This document shows, one piece after another, positions 1 to 9,807 of a stretch of DNA of 64,000 nucleotides. Position numbers and translations under genes: made by a program. The stretch is taken from contig JAZRBU010000028.1 in the NCBI GenBank assembly GCA_045635265.1, positions 29,019 to 93,018 of the forward strand, read 5' to 3'. How positions within the stretch are numbered: position 1 is the first letter of the stretch; each line of letters begins with the position of its first letter. The DNA comes from Akkermansia sp. (GTDB lineage: Bacteria > Verrucomicrobiota > Verrucomicrobiia > Verrucomicrobiales > Akkermansiaceae). Under the pieces are notes generated by a model. That model was not told the origin of the DNA and made no database searches. It saw only the letters and a list, made by a program, of their open reading frames with translations.

Positions 1-69
1 GATGATGGCACAGGCCCACAGGCTGCGCTGGGCAATGGGTTCTCCCAAAAATTGCAAAAATTCGTTCAT
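1..69 (-). CDS. Metal ABC transporter permease, first 23 codons only (runs off window)
   Basis: The ATG at 69 overlaps the TGA of the upstream ATPase gene (ATGA at 66-69). The reverse translation MNEFLQFLGEPIAQRSLWACAII stays open to position 1. Its position after the SBP and ATPase genes fits a znu/tro-type operon. It is absent from the ORF track because it has no stop in the window. Confidence 0.5.
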   Translation of the reverse strand, partial: MNEFLQFLGEPIAQRSLWACAII

Positions 70-845
70 GGCTTGAATCGGTAGTTACGCCCGAAAGTCC
101 GGTAGATATGTTCCTCTGTCAGCAGCTCCCCTGCGCTGCCGGCCGCCACAAGCTGTGTATTAAGCAACACTGCACGGTCAAAAAGGCTCTGTGCAGTAGC
201 CAAATCATGATGAGAGGCAATCACCAGCCGCCCTTCATCAGAAAGAGAATGCAGCAGATTCCCCAGCGACTCCACTCCGGGCATATCCAGCCCGGTAAAA
301 GGTTCATCCAGCAGAAGAATGTGGGCCTCCTGCGCCAACGCACGCGCCAGAAAGGCCCGCTGTTGCTGTCCGCCGGACAAAGCACCTATCTGTCGGTTCT
401 GCAAATGCTCCAAATTAAGCGTTTGCAGAGATTTATCCACTATATCACGGTCATGTTTCCGCATGGCTTTCCAGTTACCGAGGGCGGGATAACGCCCCAT
501 CTCCACCAATTGCCGCACCGTGATGGGAAAGGACCAGTTCACCTCCGACCGCTGGGGCATATAGGCAATTTCATGCGGAGTATCATGCAGCGGCTTCCCG
601 TTCCAGAGCACCTGTCCTTTCCTCGGCGTCAAAAGCCCTGCCAGCACATTCAGCAGCGTGGATTTACCGGCACCGTTGGGGCCGATGAGAGCCACCCGCT
701 GTCCGCATTGAGCGCGAAAGCTGATATCCGCCAGCGCATCCTGTCCGGCACCGTAGCCTGCGCTGATACCGCACAACTCCAGGCGGTGTGCCTTGTCGTG
801 GCGGTGTCCACCGCCCCAGCAGATATGATCATGCGCCTCTACCAT
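66..845 (-). CDS. Metal (Zn/Mn-type) ABC transporter ATP-binding protein
   Basis: Walker A GPNGAGKST, ABC signature LSGGQQQR and Walker B LLLDEP. It lies in an operon with a TroA/ZnuA-like binding protein. Confidence 0.9.
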   Translation of the reverse strand: MVEAHDHICWGGGHRHDKAHRLELCGISAGYGAGQDALADISFRAQCGQRVALIGPNGAGKSTLLNVLAGLLTPRKGQVLWNGKPLHDTPHEIAYMPQRSEVNWSFPITVRQLVEMGRYPALGNWKAMRKHDRDIVDKSLQTLNLEHLQNRQIGALSGGQQQRAFLARALAQEAHILLLDEPFTGLDMPGVESLGNLLHSLSDEGRLVIASHHDLATAQSLFDRAVLLNTQLVAAGSAGELLTEEHIYRTFGRNYRFKP

Positions 846-1252
846 ACAAAATTGAAAACATCATGCATTGTTCCGGTCCCCGCCCAGCGCGTGCACGAGC
901 GGGCATCCCGCCCATCAGGCTCCAGCGTCAGCGTTACGGCCTGTTCCCCCGGTTCCGGCCAAGCGGCCTCCACCTCAATATCCAGAGCCTCGCACCCCTC
1001 CGGCAGAGACAAATCGCCCTCCCACGGCAAGTCCCCGGTCACTTCCGCCAGCAGCTCACCATGAAACCGCAGCTGCAGTTTTTCCGGCTTACCCGTTGCA
1101 CGAAGCGTGGCATACACAAGCTGCCGGGCAGACGGCGCAGCCTCTGCTGCAGCCGGCTCAGCCGGCGACGCTGCCCCCGTCAGCCAAGGCAACGGAGCTC
1201 CGGCAATCAACACCCCCACCAGGGTCAGCAAAAAAGCAGCTCTGGGTGACAT
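839..1252 (-). CDS. Hypothetical small exported/membrane protein in the metal-uptake operon
   Basis: ORF 839..1345 trimmed to the Met at 1252 (MSPRAAFLLTLVGVLIAG, hydrophobic N-terminus). This start lies 5 nt after the SBP stop and the gene overlaps the ATPase start by 7 nt. No recognisable domain. Confidence 0.45.
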   Translation of the reverse strand: MSPRAAFLLTLVGVLIAGAPLPWLTGAASPAEPAAAEAAPSARQLVYATLRATGKPEKLQLRFHGELLAEVTGDLPWEGDLSLPEGCEALDIEVEAAWPEPGEQAVTLTLEPDGRDARSCTRWAGTGTMHDVFNFVW

Positions 1253-1256
1253 AGCG

Positions 1257-2117
1257 TCAGCGAGTTTGCCCCAATCCGTCAACAATGTTGCGGATATTGA
1301 AGCGGAATATATCCCGATACGTGGGCATATCCGGGTGAATACCATCCATCACCAGCGGGCGGGTAGTAGCCCCCACCTGCCCTGCCAGCGTCTCCATGGC
1401 ACGCGGGGAACCCGTGGCCTCCGTAAAAATGCACCGCACCTTCAGTTCGCGCAGACTTCTGAGCAGCTGCGCCATGGTGGCCGTATCACCCTCACTCTCC
1501 TGAGCAATCCCATGCACCGGCACCTGGCGGAATCCGTACACCTTGCCGAAATGTCCCATTGCGGCATGCTCTGCCACCAGCACGCGCGCCTCCTGCGGAA
1601 TACGGGCCAGGGACAAGCGTGCCACATGATCCAGCGCCTCCATTTCCGCTGCGTAGGCTCTCTGTCCGGCGCGGAAAAGCGATTTATGCTCCGGAGCAAC
1701 GGCAATCAACGCCTGCATGAGAGAGCGGGAGGCCCGTTCCATGTTCTGCGGCGCATTCCACCAATGCGGGTCTGCCAACTGAGTCCCGGGCAGATAGACA
1801 GGAGGAATGGATTTACCCAACTCCACCACACGAACATTCGGCAGAGTATCCTTCAAATCTTCCAAATACGGCTCCACGCCCATGCCGCAGGCCAGCACCA
1901 GCTTAGCATCGTAAACCAGTGCCAAATCAGCAGCCGTAGGGTTGAACGTATGCAAATCCGCACCGCGGGGGAAGAGGTTCACCACCTCCACCTGCTCACG
2001 GCCTACCGCCAGAGCCATCTCACTCAGCAGCGGATGCAGGCTCGCCACTTTCACCCGACCCTGTGCCGCCATCACACCGAATACCAGCAAAAGCAGACAA
2101 CTCAGGAGCTTTCTCAT
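1257..2117 (-). CDS. Metal ABC transporter substrate-binding protein (ZnuA/TroA family)
   Basis: Trimmed to MRKLLSCLLLLVFGVMAAQG (signal peptide). Family-typical segments such as HPLLSEMA...DLHTFNP and HAAMGHFGKVYG. Operon context. Confidence 0.8.
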   Translation of the reverse strand: MRKLLSCLLLLVFGVMAAQGRVKVASLHPLLSEMALAVGREQVEVVNLFPRGADLHTFNPTAADLALVYDAKLVLACGMGVEPYLEDLKDTLPNVRVVELGKSIPPVYLPGTQLADPHWWNAPQNMERASRSLMQALIAVAPEHKSLFRAGQRAYAAEMEALDHVARLSLARIPQEARVLVAEHAAMGHFGKVYGFRQVPVHGIAQESEGDTATMAQLLRSLRELKVRCIFTEATGSPRAMETLAGQVGATTRPLVMDGIHPDMPTYRDIFRFNIRNIVDGLGQTR

Positions 2118-2210
2118 AGAGAGGATTGTACCGCAGCGGCCTGCATCTGTCAACGCTGCGCCCTGCGACTGACGCACTTACCTGCTCGGTAAGCGAAACC
2201 GCCGCCTCGC

Positions 2211-2259
2211 GTGACATTTGCGCCACAATGCATGTGGCGTTTCTTTCACCGTAGAAAAC
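2211..2259 (+). promoter_or_regulatory. Candidate Pho-regulon operator/promoter module upstream of the porin gene
   Basis: gtgacatttgcgccacaatgcatgtggcgtttctttcaccgtagaaaac aligns without gaps (29/40, then agaaaa) to the element upstream of pstC. It contains GTGACA, the reverse complement of the TGTCAC Pho-box-like core. Confidence 0.5.
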
Positions 2260-2353
2260 TTGCCGGATGGTGATTGTTACGGTTATACTACAGGTGTCGC
2301 AAGGCTATGGAGACACCCCCTCCGCAACCGGGCGACTCAACCGAAAAAAAAGT

Positions 2354-3616
2354 ATGAACAAGAATATACTGACCATGATGGCACTCACTCTGGGTGCAGC
2401 TTCTCTCTGCAAGGCAAGTGATGCGGCAGCCGCTCCTTCCCCGCAGCAACAGCCGGCATTCGACCTCTGCAAGTCCATTTCCGACAGACTGGATTTGTTC
2501 AATGCTGAGCGGGATGGGGCTGAGAACCCCTGGATTCAGGATTTCCGCGTGAAGTTCCGAGCCCAGTACCAATACGGGTATGTTGACCCGGCAGGCGGCG
2601 ACGACCGAGAAAAAGGCGGGCGCGAGCATGGTCGCAACACCAACAGCGAATGGAGGCGCTTCCGTATCGCCGCGCAGGCAAAAGTGCTCAACCGTTTCAC
2701 CCTCGTCTCCAACTGGAACATCGGCGGGCTGGAAGGGCGAGACGAGTTCAAAAACGGCAAGTGGAATCAAACTCACACCTCATCCTCCGTGGATGAGCTC
2801 TACATCTCCGGCAAGATAGCCACCCCCGTCAGCTTTACTCTGGGTAAACACAAACCCGCCTTCATGGGTGAATACCGTACTTCCAGCGCTAAGATTGCCA
2901 CCATTGAGCGTTCCCTGCTGGTCAATCAGCTCAAGGCAGAAAAGGCCTATGGGCTCTCGTTCAAGAATGCAGACAAGAAAGCAACGTGGGGCTGGGAGGC
3001 CGGGCTCTGGGTGAACGGTGCGCGCGACAACCAATGGCTTGAACCCGCCTTTGACAGCGACACCGGCTACATGTTCGGCGGCGGTATCAACTACGCCACC
3101 GGAGATAACAGCCGCCTGTATCTGGACTACATGCACTCGTTTGCCGACTGGAGCGATGTGAACCGCACCGACCTCTCCTACGAGGGCTGCGGCGCGCGGG
3201 ATATCGTGGCTCTCACATGGGAAGCCAAACAGGACAAACTGAGCTTCACCGCAGAAGCCATTGCCGCCTTTAATCTGAACTCCGAACAGGCTGAGAACGC
3301 CTACGGAATCGTGCTGATGCCCACCTACCGCATCTCCCCGCACTTCGAGGGCGTGTTCCGCTACCAGCTGGCCGCCGGCAGCAATGCCATTGCAGGAGAT
3401 GGTCACTTCTACACCAAAAACAGCACCTACAACGGCAGCGCCGACCTCGTGCAGGGACTCTACTTCGGCATGAACTACTACGTCTGCCCCAAGAACCCGG
3501 ACGGCATGAAACTCATGCTCGGCGCAGAATACCTGAACTCCCACGGCACGGATGCCGACGGCAACAAAGGCTTCACCGGCTGGGGCTTCACCGGCGCCAT
3601 GAGAGTCAACTTCTGA
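2354..3616 (+). CDS. Phosphate-selective porin O/P family outer-membrane protein
   Basis: Trimmed to the ATG at 2354 (MNKNILTMMALTLGAASLCKA signal peptide). Beta-barrel-like alternating pattern with a C-terminal ...GAMRVNF. Directly upstream of pstS. Confidence 0.7.
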   Translation: MNKNILTMMALTLGAASLCKASDAAAAPSPQQQPAFDLCKSISDRLDLFNAERDGAENPWIQDFRVKFRAQYQYGYVDPAGGDDREKGGREHGRNTNSEWRRFRIAAQAKVLNRFTLVSNWNIGGLEGRDEFKNGKWNQTHTSSSVDELYISGKIATPVSFTLGKHKPAFMGEYRTSSAKIATIERSLLVNQLKAEKAYGLSFKNADKKATWGWEAGLWVNGARDNQWLEPAFDSDTGYMFGGGINYATGDNSRLYLDYMHSFADWSDVNRTDLSYEGCGARDIVALTWEAKQDKLSFTAEAIAAFNLNSEQAENAYGIVLMPTYRISPHFEGVFRYQLAAGSNAIAGDGHFYTKNSTYNGSADLVQGLYFGMNYYVCPKNPDGMKLMLGAEYLNSHGTDADGNKGFTGWGFTGAMRVNF

Positions 3617-3717
3617 TACCCGTCATTTGAATCCATACGGGGCGGCGCAGAACGCCACCCCACACCCTCGAAAACAACAAACCCAGGGTTAAGTTCCCTT
3701 AACCACACACTAGAACT

Positions 3718-4704
3718 ATGCTTAAAAATACCATTATTACTCTGTTGGGCATTTCCACCCTTGCCCAGGCCGATACCACCATCACCGGCGCCGGTGCCTC
3801 CTTCCCCGCCCCGGTTTACCAGAAATGGACATACGCCTATACACAGGCAACTCCGGGCACCACCGTCACCTACCAGAGCATCGGCTCCGGGGCCGGGCTC
3901 AACCAGATTAAATCCGGCACCATCGACTTTGCCGGGTCGGACAACCCGCTCACGGCAGAACAACAGGAAGAAGCCGGACTGACCATGGTACCCATGCTCA
4001 CCGGGGGTGTCGTCGTCATCGTGAACCTGCCCGGGGTAAAGAGCGGCGCGCTCAAACTCAGCCGCAAGGTGCTGGCAGATATCTACCTAGGCAAAATCAC
4101 CGTCTGGAACGACAAAGCCATCGCCGCGCTCAACCCCGGCATCAAGCTGCCGAAACTCAAGATAACAGTAGTCCGCCGCGCCGATTCCAGCGGCACCTCC
4201 TTCATCTTCACCAACTACCTCTCCAAGATTTCTCCGGAGTGGAAAAGCAAAGTGGGTCAGGGGTCATCCGTCAAATGGCCCGTTGGCATCGGCGGCAACA
4301 AGAATCCGGGCGTCTGTAACAATGTCGCAAAAATCAAGGGAGCTATCGGCTATACCGAATACACCTATGCCGTAGAGGCAAAGCTCAACTGTGCCACCTT
4401 GGAAAATGCCGAAGGCAACTACGTACGCCCCGGGCTGAAGACCTTTGCCGCCTCGGCCTCTGCCGCCGACTGGAAGAACGCCCCCGGCTTCTACATGGAG
4501 CTGACCAACGTGCCCGGCGCACAATCCTGGCCCATCACCGGCGTGACCTACATCCTGCTGCGCAAGGATACCCCCGCCGATAAGAAAGCCGCCATGGGCA
4601 AGTACTTCAAGTGGTGCTTCACTCAGGGTGCTGCCCAGGCCACGAAGCTGAACTATGTCGCCCTGCCTGCCGATGTGGTCGAGCTGGTGAGTGAAAAGCT
4701 CTGA
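3718..4704 (+). CDS. pstS: Phosphate ABC transporter substrate-binding protein PstS
   Basis: Signal peptide followed by ITGAGASFPAPVYQKW and RRADSSGTSFIFTNYL, both typical PstS motifs. Confidence 0.9.
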   Translation: MLKNTIITLLGISTLAQADTTITGAGASFPAPVYQKWTYAYTQATPGTTVTYQSIGSGAGLNQIKSGTIDFAGSDNPLTAEQQEEAGLTMVPMLTGGVVVIVNLPGVKSGALKLSRKVLADIYLGKITVWNDKAIAALNPGIKLPKLKITVVRRADSSGTSFIFTNYLSKISPEWKSKVGQGSSVKWPVGIGGNKNPGVCNNVAKIKGAIGYTEYTYAVEAKLNCATLENAEGNYVRPGLKTFAASASAADWKNAPGFYMELTNVPGAQSWPITGVTYILLRKDTPADKKAAMGKYFKWCFTQGAAQATKLNYVALPADVVELVSEKL

Positions 4705-4756
4705 GTGGCAATCCAGCCCTCACCCAACGCCCCACCATACACATCCATAACATCCT

Positions 4757-4800
4757 CCCCGCTGTTCGCGCAGTCGATACAGCGGGGATTCTCTATTCTC
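4757..4800 (+). terminator. Intrinsic terminator after pstS
   Basis: Stem ccccgctgt (4757-4765) pairs with acagcgggg (4779-4787), followed by the T-rich attctctattctc. Confidence 0.6.
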
Positions 4801-5311
4801 CCCACAACAAATCCATCTGCTTGGAGCGGAAGTAAGCCGTTACCCGTATATCCGGCGGGACTCTCCGGCGCACATGGCGGCCAACCTCAAAACAATCCAA
4901 ACCCTTCACCGGATTTTTCCGGCAAAGCGACAGGGCAAGGTAAAGCCCCGGGTAAAAAAATCGGGCGGCTGCGACCATTTCTGTTCTGAATAGGACATCG
5001 AAGGCGGTATTGTATCCACTTCCATTTTGATTCTGGCAGTTCGTCATCACACCCTTCGCTATACAAACTGCTTCTCGATACAGGGGAAATACACCACCGG
5101 AGAAGAAATCCCCCGGTCTCCGGCTGTAATCCGCCTGTATCACACTTTATGAATGACGTTCCGAGCCTTTTCTCGACCTTCCATAAGGAAAAGCCGGAGC
5201 TCTATTACTCAAATCCGCTGATTATTTGACTAACTGGGCGAGGCGCTATCAACAAAATATCCCCACATACCGCAAGGGCACATGGGGATATGATCACCGA
5301 GCAATATCGGC

Positions 5312-5971
5312 TCAAAGGCTATGCCGGATAATTTTTCCTGAGTGCAAATAGATAATGTGTTCGCAGATATCGGCAGCGAAATCGGCTATTCGTTCTAGGT
5401 CTCGGGAAAGGCCTATGCAGGCGATATAGTATTCGGCAGCGGAGGGAAAACGGGTGATGGCTTGAACGGCAAACAGCTTATTATTGTGTCGAATGTTATC
5501 AACGGCATCATCCCGATCTATCACGCGATAAGCCAATACGGCGTCAGCAGTCCGGAGAACCGCCAAGGCATCACGCAGCATGCTGAGCACCAGTTCAGAC
5601 ATGGTACTAAAGTCAAGGCGCTCCGGTGCAGCATCATCTCGGAAGCGGGAAATTTCCTGCGCACGTTCGGCAATGTGGGCCCCAAAGTCGGCCATGCGCT
5701 CCAGAGCCGTGTTAATTTTGAGGATAGCTGCCACGGTGCGAAGATCGGAAGCAACGGGTTGATAGAGAGCCAGTGTTTTGAGGCACTCTTCCTCAATTCT
5801 GATTTCTGCAGCATCAATTTCCGAATCAGCGGCAATGACACTCTCGGCCAAAGCGGCGTCACCGGCATTGAAAGCCTCAAGAGCTTGGGTAATGGCTTGT
5901 TCCACCCTACCGCCCTGCTCTGCAATCAAGTTCTGCAAACGCAGCAATTCGCGAATAAAATGTTCTTTCAT
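5312..5971 (-). CDS. phoU: Phosphate signalling complex protein PhoU
   Basis: Two PhoU-type repeats (DxxID...E/ERIAD: LERMADFGAHIAE and LERIADFAADICE). Follows pstB. Confidence 0.9.
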   Translation of the reverse strand: MKEHFIRELLRLQNLIAEQGGRVEQAITQALEAFNAGDAALAESVIAADSEIDAAEIRIEEECLKTLALYQPVASDLRTVAAILKINTALERMADFGAHIAERAQEISRFRDDAAPERLDFSTMSELVLSMLRDALAVLRTADAVLAYRVIDRDDAVDNIRHNNKLFAVQAITRFPSAAEYYIACIGLSRDLERIADFAADICEHIIYLHSGKIIRHSL

Positions 5972-6001
5972 GATGGTAATGTCGTAACGTATTATCTATT
6001 T

Positions 6002-6763
6002 TTAACCGAAACGTCCGGTGATATATTCCTCCGTCTTTTTGCAAGAGGGATTGGTGAAGATGCGGGAAGTTTCACCCACCTCGATGATGCAGCCTTTGTA
6101 AAAAAAGGCCGTAACATCAGAAATGCGGGAAGCCTGTTGCATGTTGTGGGTAACAATGACAATAGTGAAGCGGTTTCTGAGTTCCAGCACCAGTTCCTCG
6201 ATTTTGAGGGTCGCGACGGGGTCAATGGCGCTAGTAGGTTCATCCATAAGCAGCACTTCCGGCTCTGCTGCAATAGCTCGGGCTATACAGAGCCGCTGCT
6301 GCTGCCCGCCGGAAAGCGCCATTCCGCTCTCACGCAGCTTATCCTTGACCTCATCCCAGATGCAGGCGCTGCGGAGAGCCTGCTCCACGCGGTCAGCTAT
6401 TTCTCCTTTATTGAGCTTATAGTGCAACCGCAGAGGATAAGCCACATTGTCAAAAATACTCATGGGAAACGGAGTGGGTTTCTGGAAAATCATGCCCACA
6501 CGGCGGCGCAAGTCCAGCAAATCCACCCCCGGAGCCAGAATATTCTCCCCATCTAGCAGCACCTCCCCGGTTGCTCGCTGGTTGCGATGCAGCTCAAAAA
6601 TGCGGTTATACACACGCAAATGGGTGGATTTTCCGCAACCGGAGGGACCGATGACCGCCGTGACCCGATTGGCGGGGATATCCAGCCAGTTGTCGAACAA
6701 TGCCTGATTGGAGCCGTAATAAAAGTTGAGATTACGGACTGATATTTTAGTGTTGTTTTTCAT
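6002..6763 (-). CDS. pstB: Phosphate ABC transporter ATP-binding protein PstB
   Basis: Trimmed to [17 protein letters not shown] (ATG at 6763). Walker [24 protein letters not shown] and [11 protein letters not shown]-like motifs. Confidence 0.92.
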   Translation of the reverse strand: MKNNTKISVRNLNFYYGSNQALFDNWLDIPANRVTAVIGPSGCGKSTHLRVYNRIFELHRNQRATGEVLLDGENILAPGVDLLDLRRRVGMIFQKPTPFPMSIFDNVAYPLRLHYKLNKGEIADRVEQALRSACIWDEVKDKLRESGMALSGGQQQRLCIARAIAAEPEVLLMDEPTSAIDPVATLKIEELVLELRNRFTIVIVTHNMQQASRISDVTAFFYKGCIIEVGETSRIFTNPSCKKTEEYITGRFG

Positions 6764-7634
6764 GGAAAATACTTCTGGTGAGGATATTGATAAGAAGGAT
6801 AAGCAAGCAGATGATGAGTGCCGCCCCCCAACCGGCAGCATGCATGCTCTCAAAGGGGGAATTCATGGTGTACTCGTTGATTAATACCGGAATGCTTGCC
6901 GTAGGGCGGGAGAAAAAGCCGCCGGGCCAGGCATCCGCAAACATGGCGGTAAACAGCAGCGGGGCTGTCTCGCCGCTCACTCTCGCCAGAGCCAGCAGCA
7001 CCCCGGTCACCAGGCCATTGCGCGCCGATCTCGCCACGATGCAAAGAGTGGCACGCGCGCGGCTCATGCCCAGCGCAAGGGAGGATTCCCGAAGCGTTAC
7101 CGGAACCATGCTGAGCATATCTTCCGTGGTTCGCATGACTACCGGGAACATGATGACAGCCAATGCCACAGCCCCTGCAAAGCCGGAAAAATTCCCCGTA
7201 CTCACGACCAGCAGCACATACACAAACAAGCCCACGATGATGGATGGCACCCCCATCATCACATTGGCACAAAAGCGAAGGACGGCGGCAAGTCTGCTGC
7301 CCTGCCCGAATTCTGCCAGATAGATACCACCCGCCATGGCCGGAGGCACGGCCAACAGAGTGGCGACACCCGTCATCATCAGGGTACCTAACAGGGCGTT
7401 GGCGATGCCGCCTCCCGGCTCTCCATAGGGCTTTGACGGGGAGGTCAGGAACTCCCACGAGATGCTTTGCGCCCCGTGTGTCAGCACAGTGCAGAGAATC
7501 CACCCCATGCCCCCGACTGCCAGCACCACGGAAAACAGAGAAAAGACTGAGAGTACCTTATTTTTGAGTTTCCGGAATAATAACGGTCTGCGCTGAGCCG
7601 CTGTCAGAACGGATGTTTGTTGATTGTTCATCAT
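6747..7634 (-). CDS. pstA: Phosphate ABC transporter permease PstA
   Basis: Multi-TM permease containing the EAA-like loop [18 protein letters not shown]. Overlaps the pstB start by 17 nt. Confidence 0.88.
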   Translation of the reverse strand: MMNNQQTSVLTAAQRRPLLFRKLKNKVLSVFSLFSVVLAVGGMGWILCTVLTHGAQSISWEFLTSPSKPYGEPGGGIANALLGTLMMTGVATLLAVPPAMAGGIYLAEFGQGSRLAAVLRFCANVMMGVPSIIVGLFVYVLLVVSTGNFSGFAGAVALAVIMFPVVMRTTEDMLSMVPVTLRESSLALGMSRARATLCIVARSARNGLVTGVLLALARVSGETAPLLFTAMFADAWPGGFFSRPTASIPVLINEYTMNSPFESMHAAGWGAALIICLLILLINILTRSIFHEKQH

Positions 7635-7872
7635 GGTATATTGTTGAGAACTTCTAATAAATCGCCAGATGGGACTTTAATGTACAAGGGACAAAGTACG
7701 ATGTACAAAGGAAAAGTCAGGCGCGCCTCCGGCTCGCAGTAGTAGAATAAAGATTTGGTTGCAAAGCGTGCGGATTCTGCACCTTGTCCCTCGTCCATTT
7801 GACTTTGTACTTTCCGTTAATTTTCCCATTCACCGAGCTAATCAGACTTTTTAGAAATTTCTTGTTTTTTTG

Positions 7873-8823
7873 TTAACGGGCTTCACCGCGTTTTGCACCG
7901 GTGAGATGCAGATAATACTGGGCCGCTATCTGGATTCCGAGACAAAGTACCAGCAGTACCAGACCCAGAGCAAAGAGCGAGCTGCGCTGCAGGCCATCGG
8001 ACTCCGCAAAATTGCAGGCAAGCGTTGCAGCAATGGTTGTGCCGCCCGAGAAGAGCCCCGCAGGCACCTCCATCAGGTTGCCAATCACGAATAACACCGC
8101 CATCGTTTCGCCCAAAGCTCGCCCCATGCCGATGAATATTCCGCCCAGCAATCCGCGCACACCATAGCGCACCACCACATCGCGGGTCACCTCCCAACGC
8201 GTGCAGCCCAGACCGTACGCGGATTCCCGCAGCACCGTCGGCGTCATGCGAAACACATCGCGCATAACGGCACTCATGTAGGGCAGAATCATCAGCGCCA
8301 GAATCACCCCGGCCGTCAGGAAACCAAAGCCATTGTAATCCTCGCCCAGTAGCCAACGGCCCCCCGGGAGCTCCGCAAGACCAAGAGTTTCCGCAAAGAA
8401 GGGCTGTACATGCTCCAGCATGAGAGGCACCAGCACAAAAAGCCCCCACATGCCATAGATAACGGATGGTATTGCCGCCAGCAAATCCACGCAATAGCTC
8501 AGAGGACGCCCCAGCCACTCCGGACTTTCCACAACAAACAAAGCCGCCACAAACGCCAGCGGAATTGCCAATAACAAAGCCATCCCCGTGGTATACAACG
8601 TTCCCAACACGCTGCTCCACGCACCATACGATTCTTGCGCCGGATCCCACTCCGCAGACCACAGAAAACCGACACCAAACTGCTGCCAAGCATCAGCCGA
8701 ATGCCACCCGAGCTGAACAAATATGCCCGGGACCAACACGGCAATAATCAGCGCACAGCCCAGACAGCACCACTTAAATATCTTATCCTGACGTTGCATA
8801 TACAGATAAACTCCGGCCTTCAT
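7873..8823 (-). CDS. pstC: Phosphate ABC transporter permease PstC
   Basis: Multi-TM permease with ESAYGLGCTRWEVTRDVVV (EAA loop). First gene of the pstCAB-phoU string. Confidence 0.88.
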   Translation of the reverse strand: MKAGVYLYMQRQDKIFKWCCLGCALIIAVLVPGIFVQLGWHSADAWQQFGVGFLWSAEWDPAQESYGAWSSVLGTLYTTGMALLLAIPLAFVAALFVVESPEWLGRPLSYCVDLLAAIPSVIYGMWGLFVLVPLMLEHVQPFFAETLGLAELPGGRWLLGEDYNGFGFLTAGVILALMILPYMSAVMRDVFRMTPTVLRESAYGLGCTRWEVTRDVVVRYGVRGLLGGIFIGMGRALGETMAVLFVIGNLMEVPAGLFSGGTTIAATLACNFAESDGLQRSSLFALGLVLLVLCLGIQIAAQYYLHLTGAKRGEAR

Positions 8824-8870
8824 GGCCTGCGTTCATCCGTAACGTAACACCCGGACGGTAGATTTTCAAT

Positions 8871-8918
8871 CTTTTCTCTGTGAAAGAAATGCCACCTACA
8901 ATATGGCTATTCTGTCAC
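8871..8918 (-). promoter_or_regulatory. Candidate Pho-regulon operator/promoter module upstream of pstC
   Basis: The minus strand reads gtgacagaatagccatattgtaggtggcatttctttcacagagaaaag. Same architecture as 2211-2259. Ends 47 nt upstream of the pstC ATG. Confidence 0.5.
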
Positions 8919-8936
8919 AAAACGGTCTCGCACTTA

Positions 8937-9746
8937 TCAAAGCGGCAAGCGGAAGAAGCTGCAGGCGTTGCGCGTGGTGGCTGCTGCAACCTCCTGCCAA
9001 TCCATACCGCGCAGGGCTGCTATTTTTTCCACCACAAAGCGCGTGCGGCCGGGGATATTCAGCTTGCCGCGGAAGGGCTCCGGAGAGAGGTAGGGAGAAT
9101 CCGTCTCCACCATAAAACGGTCAAGCGGGCACCAGGCCGCCACGGCCTGAACATCCTCTGTCTTTTTGAACGTGAGCAGCCCGGTAAAGGAAATCATGCC
9201 GTTAAGCTCCCCGAACACCAGCTCTGCCTGCGCCTGGGAACCGATGAAGCAATGGAACACGGGGCGCACCTTCGGGAACTGACGCGCAATCGCCACGGCA
9301 TCGTCAAAACAGGCAGACCCCGCCCCTACTTTGTCACGGGTGTGGAGAGAGATATTCAGCCCCAGCTCCTCTGCCAGCGCATAATGCTGCTCCAGCAGCT
9401 CCCACTGGCGGGCACGGAAATCCTTTTCACTCCACCCCTCCGGCGCATCCCAGAAATAATCAAGCCCCGTCTCGCCGATGGCCGCAAGAGAATGACTGCG
9501 GCACAACTCTGCCATCCGCTCCATCGCCGCAGCATCAGCCTCGTGCGCATCGCTGGGATGCACCGCCAGACAGGCCGACACGAACTCCGGCATCTCTGCC
9601 GCCAGCGCCAGATGCTTCTCCCAATCCCACGGGTTTGTGCCCTGTGTGATGCAGTGCCCCACCCCCAGTTCCAGGGATTCGGACCGCACCTGTTCCATGG
9701 GCGGGTACTTGGGCGAAACAAGATGGCAATGCGTGTCGATAATCAT
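8937..9746 (-). CDS. tatD: TatD-family metal-dependent hydrolase/DNase
   Basis: Trimmed to MIIDTHCHL (HxH motif). Also shows ETGLDYFW and the ...H.RD... pattern typical of TatD. Confidence 0.85.
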   Translation of the reverse strand: MIIDTHCHLVSPKYPPMEQVRSESLELGVGHCITQGTNPWDWEKHLALAAEMPEFVSACLAVHPSDAHEADAAAMERMAELCRSHSLAAIGETGLDYFWDAPEGWSEKDFRARQWELLEQHYALAEELGLNISLHTRDKVGAGSACFDDAVAIARQFPKVRPVFHCFIGSQAQAELVFGELNGMISFTGLLTFKKTEDVQAVAAWCPLDRFMVETDSPYLSPEPFRGKLNIPGRTRFVVEKIAALRGMDWQEVAAATTRNACSFFRLPL

Positions 9747-9807
9747 GCCGCAGGTTGTACCCCGCCGCTCCGGAAAAGTCAAGTCTATTCGATTACCCGG
9801 CTCTCCC

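Noticed and set aside
4793-5143. 116-codon minus-strand ORF between pstS and phoU
   Set aside because: It has no recognisable motifs and an atypical composition, and it overlaps the pstS terminator region. The evidence is insufficient to call a gene.
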